Source: Methylotenera sp.
Lineage (GTDB): Bacteria > Pseudomonadota > Gammaproteobacteria > Burkholderiales > Methylophilaceae
Assembly: GCA_046594915.1 (NCBI GenBank)
Contig: JBKJRC010000014.1
Coordinates: 86,245-150,244, forward strand
DNA: 64,000 nucleotides
Direction: 5' to 3'
Shown: one piece after another, positions 58,314 to 64,000 of the stretch
How the letters are laid out: each line of letters begins with the position of its first letter
How positions within the stretch are numbered: position 1 is the first letter of the stretch
Made by a program: the position numbers and the translations under genes
Notes under the pieces: model-generated
What the model was told of the DNA's origin: nothing
The model's input: the letters and a program-made list of their open reading frames with translations, nothing else
Database searches by the model: none

Positions 58314-59708
58314 TTACGCTTTTCTGCGTTTCCACCATAACCAGAGACCTGCTACAAAGAATGCAAGCGGGATAAAGTACTGAAAACCATGAAACACTGT
58401 CCACGCCACAATGCGGCCTTTATCATCGTTTGGTATGGTCATATTGATATCTTTGAGCGGCATCGGCTGTATGGTAATCAGTTTGTCGTCACCCGCCAGC
58501 CAGTTCACAATATTGATGCCAAAATCCAGGTTGCCGCCGTTGGTGATAAACGTGTTGGATAAAAAGTTTGCATTGCCCATCACCACCACGCGCTGGCCTT
58601 TTTTACCATATTCGCGCTCTAATGCCACACCAATATTAATCGGGCCGCGTTTATCGGTTTTTGCATCAAAAACTACTTTTTGATTTTTAACGCCCGCTGG
58701 AGAAATGTCGGATTCCAGCCAGCCATTTGGTGCAACCTCTACCAAACGCCCTACTTTCCAGCCAAATTCATCAGATGCTTTTGCATCCACTTCATGCGCC
58801 TCGGGGAAAAGTGTACGTAACTGAAAATTGCGCGTAATAGCGTGATCGCCATAAAAAGAGGCAAAAGCCACTTTGGCATCTGCGCCATATTGCGCTGCTG
58901 TCATATCAACCGCAATGCCGGGTGAAACAGTAACGCCTAAATAATCCGCCACTTCTTTTAAACCGCGTAAATTATTGTCATCCAGCAACCACAATAAATT
59001 ACCGCCAGACTCTAAATACGCTTTTATTTTTTTCGCTTCAATTGCACTCACGTCTACTTGCGGGCTAGCAATCACCAACATCGCGCCGTTGGCTGGCACC
59101 GCCTGCGCAATGGTTAAATCAGGGTTGGCAAATTTAAAACCTTTAGATTCCAACTGTTTACCAAATTCGCCTATGTCGTGATTTTTGATGCCTTGCAAAT
59201 GACGCTCACCATGGCCGTCTAAAAACATCACGGCCTGCGTATTGGTGCGCGATAAACGCACCAATAAGTTGGTCATTTCCTGCTCGGCAAACGGAGGATT
59301 TATATGCTCTGTGCGTTTATTAAACTCGACTACGGTTTCACCATCTTGCTTAACACCCGCTTCTTGCGCTAATTTTGGTTCTTCGGATGGGTTAATAAAG
59401 GTGAGCGTGATATTTTTTTTCTCGCGCTGGTAACGTGCGACAAAATCAATCATACCCTTGCGAAAAGTGTCGCCACGATTGGCGTCATCATGCGTAGCGT
59501 AAACCGTAATATTTACCGGCTCTTTCATCTGCTTTAATATATTTACGCTGCCTTGCGTGAGGATATTACGATTGGCTTGTGTGACATCTTTGGCATAGCG
59601 ATATTGACTGGTTAAATAGCCAATCAATATCACCAGCAAGATAAAAAGTACAACAAATAGCCAGCTTTGTGCCAGCATTTGAATACGTAAATTACGATTA
59701 ATTTTCAT
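58314..59708 (-). CDS. GldG-family ABC transporter accessory protein
   Basis: N- and C-terminal TM helices, DVTQ..RNILT, FLDGHGER, VVMGNANF, N.DFGINIVNWL. Confidence 0.85.
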   Translation of the reverse strand: MKINRNLRIQMLAQSWLFVVLFILLVILIGYLTSQYRYAKDVTQANRNILTQGSVNILKQMKEPVNITVYATHDDANRGDTFRKGMIDFVARYQREKKNITLTFINPSEEPKLAQEAGVKQDGETVVEFNKRTEHINPPFAEQEMTNLLVRLSRTNTQAVMFLDGHGERHLQGIKNHDIGEFGKQLESKGFKFANPDLTIAQAVPANGAMLVIASPQVDVSAIEAKKIKAYLESGGNLLWLLDDNNLRGLKEVADYLGVTVSPGIAVDMTAAQYGADAKVAFASFYGDHAITRNFQLRTLFPEAHEVDAKASDEFGWKVGRLVEVAPNGWLESDISPAGVKNQKVVFDAKTDKRGPINIGVALEREYGKKGQRVVVMGNANFLSNTFITNGGNLDFGINIVNWLAGDDKLITIQPMPLKDINMTIPNDDKGRIVAWTVFHGFQYFIPLAFFVAGLWLWWKRRKA

Positions 59709-59721
59709 ACAAAAAGTCCAA

Positions 59722-60468
59722 TTAGCCTCTTAACCGGTCTGCATCTAGACGGCGAATCGTTAATATTAAAAAAGTGATGATAAATAAAACAAAATAGGCG
59801 ATATCGGCCGTATCAATCAAGCCGCCTGCAAACGATTGAAAATGCTTCATCAAGGATAATTGCGCCAAAGTATTACTGGGGTCGCCCGCAAAAAATCGGT
59901 CTAAGATCATCAATGCAAACAACGCGATAAAGCTTAAAATCGCCGCTACCACTGGTTGCGAGGTTAAGCTGGAAAAATACAATCCTAGCGCAGAAAAACT
60001 GGCTACCATTAAAAACAAGCCCAGTGAATTGGCTAAAATATAACCAAAATCAATCTCGGACCAGATATTAAGTGTAAATAACATGAATGCGATATACACA
60101 ATTAATATGCTTAAAAATGCCACCAAGCCGACAAACTTGCCCAGCACAATTTCAGTTAACGATAAAGGCGCGCTGAATAAAAACGGCAATGTTTGGCTGC
60201 GGCGTTCTTCACTGATTAAACGCATTGAAAGCAGCGGTACAGCAAATAACATAATAAAGGAAGCCAAACCATACACGGTTTGCCCAACAAATTGCGTGAC
60301 GCCATAACGCTCGGCAGGACGAATTGCGCCCGACATTACCTCAAAATAATCGTTTACGCCATTTAAATAATACGTGCCAAACGCAAACATTAATAAGGCT
60401 AGAATAATCCAGCCCATCGGGGACGCAAACACGCTTTTGAGTTCTTTTCTGGCCACGTTTAAAATCAT
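59722..60468 (-). CDS. ABC transporter permease (GldF-like)
   Basis: ARKELKSVFASP, MRLISEERRSQT..L...P, IVLGKF; 6 TM. Confidence 0.9.
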   Translation of the reverse strand: MILNVARKELKSVFASPMGWIILALLMFAFGTYYLNGVNDYFEVMSGAIRPAERYGVTQFVGQTVYGLASFIMLFAVPLLSMRLISEERRSQTLPFLFSAPLSLTEIVLGKFVGLVAFLSILIVYIAFMLFTLNIWSEIDFGYILANSLGLFLMVASFSALGLYFSSLTSQPVVAAILSFIALFALMILDRFFAGDPSNTLAQLSLMKHFQSFAGGLIDTADIAYFVLFIITFLILTIRRLDADRLRG

Positions 60469-60478
60469 GGAATTTCCT

Positions 60479-61453
60479 TTAAGCTGCTGACGCTTCTGGA
60501 ATTGCTGCGTCTTGATAGGTTAACTGCACAAACACATCTTCTAAACTGGTTTGATCTGGCGCGATTTGGTATAAGCCCCAGCCGTTTTTAACCGCTGCTT
60601 GCACAATTGCTTCATGTGGCATTTGGTTCTCTGCAAAACGCACACGCATCATATTATTTTCCAGCGTTTCCGCTTCGGTAACGCCTGCAATTTGCAATAA
60701 ATCGGCCACTTTTGGCGCATGGTTAAAGCCAATCAATAATTTATTGCCGACGCGCTGGCGTTTTAATACATCAATGCCACCATTAAATACCAGTTTACCT
60801 TTATCGATAATCTGAACGTGGTCGCACACCATTTCAACCTCTGGCAAAATATGCGTCGATAAAATCACGCTGTGGTCAGTGCCAATTTCACGGATTAAAC
60901 TACGAATATCACGGATCTGAATCGGGTCTAAGCCCACTGTCGGCTCATCTAAAATCACTACCATCGGGTTATGAATAATCGCCTGCGCAATACCCACGCG
61001 TTGTTGATAGCCGTTGGATAGATTCTCAATCAAGCGCTTGCTCATGTGCGTTAAGCCGCAACGTTCTTTGGCGTTTTCCACCGCTTTTTTAATATTGCGA
61101 CTGGCTACTCGATGCAATCTAGCCGCAATGGTTAAGTACTCATCGACGGTAAATTCCTTATATAGCGGGCGCATTTCAGGCAAGTAACCAATTAGTGCCT
61201 TGGCTTCTTTGGGATTTTCAATCATATCGATGCCGCATATTTTGACCGAACCAGCGCTTGGCGCCAAGTTGCCTGTCAGCATCTTCATGGTGGTAGATTT
61301 ACCTGCGCCATTTGGCCCTAAAAACCCGAGCACCTGGCCTTGGCTTAGATTAAAGCTAACATTACTCACCGCCTCGCGGCCGCCGTAAATTCGAGTAAGC
61401 TCCAAAGCTTCTACCGTTAAACTTGATCCTTCTAGTGTTAAATTAGTCATCAT
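60479..61453 (-). CDS. ABC transporter ATP-binding protein (GldA-like)
   Basis: GPNGAGKSTT, LSNGYQQR, LDEPTVGLDP, STHILPEV. Confidence 0.93.
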   Translation of the reverse strand: MMTNLTLEGSSLTVEALELTRIYGGREAVSNVSFNLSQGQVLGFLGPNGAGKSTTMKMLTGNLAPSAGSVKICGIDMIENPKEAKALIGYLPEMRPLYKEFTVDEYLTIAARLHRVASRNIKKAVENAKERCGLTHMSKRLIENLSNGYQQRVGIAQAIIHNPMVVILDEPTVGLDPIQIRDIRSLIREIGTDHSVILSTHILPEVEMVCDHVQIIDKGKLVFNGGIDVLKRQRVGNKLLIGFNHAPKVADLLQIAGVTEAETLENNMMRVRFAENQMPHEAIVQAAVKNGWGLYQIAPDQTSLEDVFVQLTYQDAAIPEASAA

Positions 61454-61725
61454 GATTGTCTTGTTATGGTCTAAAGCTCGTTATTTATGAAACAAAACTG
61501 CTAGATTAGTTTCAAGCAAGAAGCTATAGTCTTAATTAATTATGCTTAATAAAAAGCAATCAAATATTTAAAAAGCAACTAAATATTGCACAACCCTTGA
61601 TTATGGATGAACTTGCATTAACTGTCACGGACTAAACAATAGTTAACAGATAAATGTTATTTAAGTAAGTGTTGAATCGAGTCATATCATATCAAGTTAT
61701 ATTGAAAGTATCTGGAACCTAAATA

Positions 61726-63432
61726 ATGCTGCCCATTAAAAAACCCGTTAAAAAAATAATATTTACGCTGTTAGTATCATTGGCAGCGACTAACAGTATG
61801 CGTGTTTTAGCAGAGTCCACTCCGCCGATGACCAAGGTGCCAACTATCACCACTGCCAACGCAGAATTTGTGTATAAATATTTACTGGGTGAAATTGCAG
61901 GCCAGCGTGGTGATATTACATTAGCCAGCCAACTGTTTTTAGATTTAGCCAAGCAAACGCGCGATGCACGTTTAGCCGAGCGCGCTGCCCGCGCAGCAGC
62001 CTATGCGAATCAACCAGGATTAGCCTTGCAAGCGGCTACATTATGGGTTGAATTGGATCCTGATTCATTGGAGGCGCAGCAAGCATCCAGCCAATTGCTG
62101 GTGGCCAGTGGCAACTTAAAGCAAGCCAAGCCGCATATAAAAAACTTATTGGCTAAACCAGACACGCGTGCAAACGGTTTTTTATATCTCAATACCTTGC
62201 TAGCAAATCAAAAAGATAAAAATGAGTCGCTTGCGCTTATCAAGGAATTTGCAGCACCTTATCCTACTTTGCCAGAAGCGCATTTTGCCATTGCACAAGC
62301 CGCGCTGATTGCAGACAACACAGCACTCGCCAAAACAGAATTAATCGCCGCTGACAAATTGCGTCCAGGTTGGGAAGCTGTTGCGCAGATACAAGGTCAG
62401 TTGTTATTTAAAGAGTCTCCAGACAAAGCCATTATTTTCTATCAGGATTTTTTAAAACGTTATCCAAAAGCCAATGACGTGCGCATGACTTATGCTAAAA
62501 CATTGGTTAATCAAAAACGCCACGCAGAGGCCAAACCAGAGTTTGTTAAATTGGTGAACGAATCGGGAGGCAGTCCAGAGATTAGCGCGGTTGTTGGTTT
62601 GCTATCGCTGGAGTCGAACGATTTCGCTAGCGCGGATAAATACTTTGAACAAGCCATCGCCAAAGGTTTTAAAGAGCCAGAGCAATTATATGTTTATTTA
62701 GGTCGCAGCAGCGAGCGGCAGAAAAATGATGCAAAAGCCCTTGCCTGGTATGACAAAATAGCGCCGAGTAGTGAGCGTTATTTAGAAGGTAGACTTTCTG
62801 CCGCCAATGTAATTGCACGCACGCAAAACGTAGATGCGGCAATTGCAATGCTGGACAATGTCAATGAATTAACACCAGAGCAACAAATCGTTATTATTCA
62901 AACGCAAGCCAATATGTTGGGCCAAGCCAAACGCAATCAAGAATCGTTCGACCTGATGGATAATGCAGTTAAAAACCTGCCTAATTCACCTGAGCTGATT
63001 TACGATTATGCGATGGCCGCCGAACGCTTGAGTAAGCTGGATGTGATGGAAACTGAGCTGCGAAAAGTCATTTTAATGAAGCCTGATTATGCAGCTGCTT
63101 ATAATGCACTGGGTTATTCTTTTGCCGATCGCAATATTAAACTAGATGAAGCAAAAACTTTGATAGAAACCGCGTTAAAACTGCAGCCAAACGATCATTA
63201 CATGCTAGATAGTTTGGGTTGGGTTTACTATCGTATGGGCAATTTAGCGTTGGCAGTAGAAACGCTGCGCAAAGCTTATGAGATGCAATCAGACCCAGAA
63301 ATTGCCGCGCATTTGGGCGAAGTGCTGTGGAAACAAGGGTTGCAGGAAGAAGCCAAGAAAATCTGGGGCTTGGCGCTTAAGGAGCATCCTGGTAATGCTG
63401 TTTTATTGGCTACCGCCAAAAAATTCAATTAA
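61726..63432 (+). CDS. Tetratricopeptide repeat protein
   Basis: YKYLLGEIAGQRG, NALGYSFADRN, DSLGWVYY, EIAAHLGEVLW; the conserved TPR gene upstream of lolB. Confidence 0.92.
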   Translation: MLPIKKPVKKIIFTLLVSLAATNSMRVLAESTPPMTKVPTITTANAEFVYKYLLGEIAGQRGDITLASQLFLDLAKQTRDARLAERAARAAAYANQPGLALQAATLWVELDPDSLEAQQASSQLLVASGNLKQAKPHIKNLLAKPDTRANGFLYLNTLLANQKDKNESLALIKEFAAPYPTLPEAHFAIAQAALIADNTALAKTELIAADKLRPGWEAVAQIQGQLLFKESPDKAIIFYQDFLKRYPKANDVRMTYAKTLVNQKRHAEAKPEFVKLVNESGGSPEISAVVGLLSLESNDFASADKYFEQAIAKGFKEPEQLYVYLGRSSERQKNDAKALAWYDKIAPSSERYLEGRLSAANVIARTQNVDAAIAMLDNVNELTPEQQIVIIQTQANMLGQAKRNQESFDLMDNAVKNLPNSPELIYDYAMAAERLSKLDVMETELRKVILMKPDYAAAYNALGYSFADRNIKLDEAKTLIETALKLQPNDHYMLDSLGWVYYRMGNLALAVETLRKAYEMQSDPEIAAHLGEVLWKQGLQEEAKKIWGLALKEHPGNAVLLATAKKFN

Positions 63433-63517
63433 ATTCATATTTAAGACCAATCATATACGCTGGTCATCTAGTTTGAGTAGTTATTTAAGCTACAATCCAT
63501 TTAAGTCAACCGCTTAA

Positions 63518-64000
63518 ATGGATTTTTTCTTGTCAAATTTTCGCTTGTTTTTATGTTTAATGTTTTTATTTTTCAGCGCTTGCGCCACGCAACCCAAGCC
63601 ACCAATTACACAATCACCTACATCGCCTGTTGCCCAGCAGCAACACCTTGCCAAGTTGAGTGCTATTAAGCGTTTTTCATTAACAGGTCGTTTGGGTGTT
63701 GTCACACAGAAAAAGGGTTTTTCAGGTAGCATCGATTGGCAACATGCAGCACAGAGTGATGCTATCGATGTCTACTCTCCGTTAGGTGGAAAAGTGGCGC
63801 ATATTGCCAAAACGCCTGACGCTGTAACGTTAACGACACAAGATGGCAAAACGATTAAAGACACCAGTGCTGAAAATTTAACCGAAACCGCACTCGGGTT
63901 TAAGCTGCCACTGGCCGGATTAAGTGACTGGGCGCTTGGTAAACCAACAACCAGTAAAATAGATGCGAGTACTTGGGATGATGAAGGCCGCTTGCTGACA
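63518..64000 (+). CDS. lolB: Outer-membrane lipoprotein insertase LolB (3' truncated by window)
   Basis: Not in the ORF track. Manual translation: MDFFLSNFRLFLCLMFLFFSA-C (lipobox)...FSLTGRLGV...GFSGSIDWQ...SPLGG...LPLAGLSDWALG; open to the window end. Confidence 0.92.
   Translation, partial: MDFFLSNFRLFLCLMFLFFSACATQPKPPITQSPTSPVAQQQHLAKLSAIKRFSLTGRLGVVTQKKGFSGSIDWQHAAQSDAIDVYSPLGGKVAHIAKTPDAVTLTTQDGKTIKDTSAENLTETALGFKLPLAGLSDWALGKPTTSKIDASTWDDEGRLLT

Noticed and set aside
57342-61453. Gliding motility inferred from Gld-like genes
   Set aside because: No gldK-N/T9SS genes in the window, and the ABC module is common in non-gliding proteobacteria.
63514-63732. 72-aa minus-strand ORF in the track
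   Set aside because: Antisense to lolB, which is clear on the plus strand from 63518.

Overview
Chromosomal window from a betaproteobacterium, most likely Methylophilaceae (Methylotenera-like); this placement is inferred from gene content and order, not from a search. It is almost all housekeeping and envelope genes. In order: recN-nadK, hrcA-hemH, then a ~26 kb LPS block (ADP-heptose synthesis, heptosyl- and glycosyltransferases, O-antigen ligase, an ArnT/GT2/LAB_N/Ugd/epimerase uronic-acid modification operon, edd-eda, and a Pseudomonas-like set of three LPS kinases plus a carbamoyltransferase). After that come grpE-dnaK-dnaJ, a small accessory patch (secreted peptide, 2OG-Fe(II) oxygenase), GST-gloA-fdx-coaD-rsmD, an M16 peptidase pair, ftsYEX, a 2.6 kb insertion, rpoH, a dynamin-like GTPase, DUF971-ubiE-ubiJ-ubiB, mutM, a Gld-like ABC/DUF4340 module, a TPR protein and partial lolB. 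I saw no rRNA, tRNA, CRISPR array, transposase, integrase or prophage gene. Most notable observations: (1) two tandem VPxPA-CTERM surface-protein paralogs flank a BrnT/BrnA toxin-antitoxin pair between ftsX and rpoH, with homogenised 3' tails, a divergent Arg-enriched core and a shared upstream palindrome; (2) rpoH appears to start at a non-AUG codon (AUA/AUC) and has a CIRCE operator, while grpE and dnaK have sigma32 promoters; (3) a Pseudomonas-type core carbamoylation/phosphorylation pathway; (4) three diverged ERIC-like miniature inverted-repeat elements, one supplying the coaD ribosome-binding site; (5) a candidate sRNA and a 57-aa secreted peptide after dnaJ. All family assignments come from motif recognition by eye and need HMM/BLAST confirmation.
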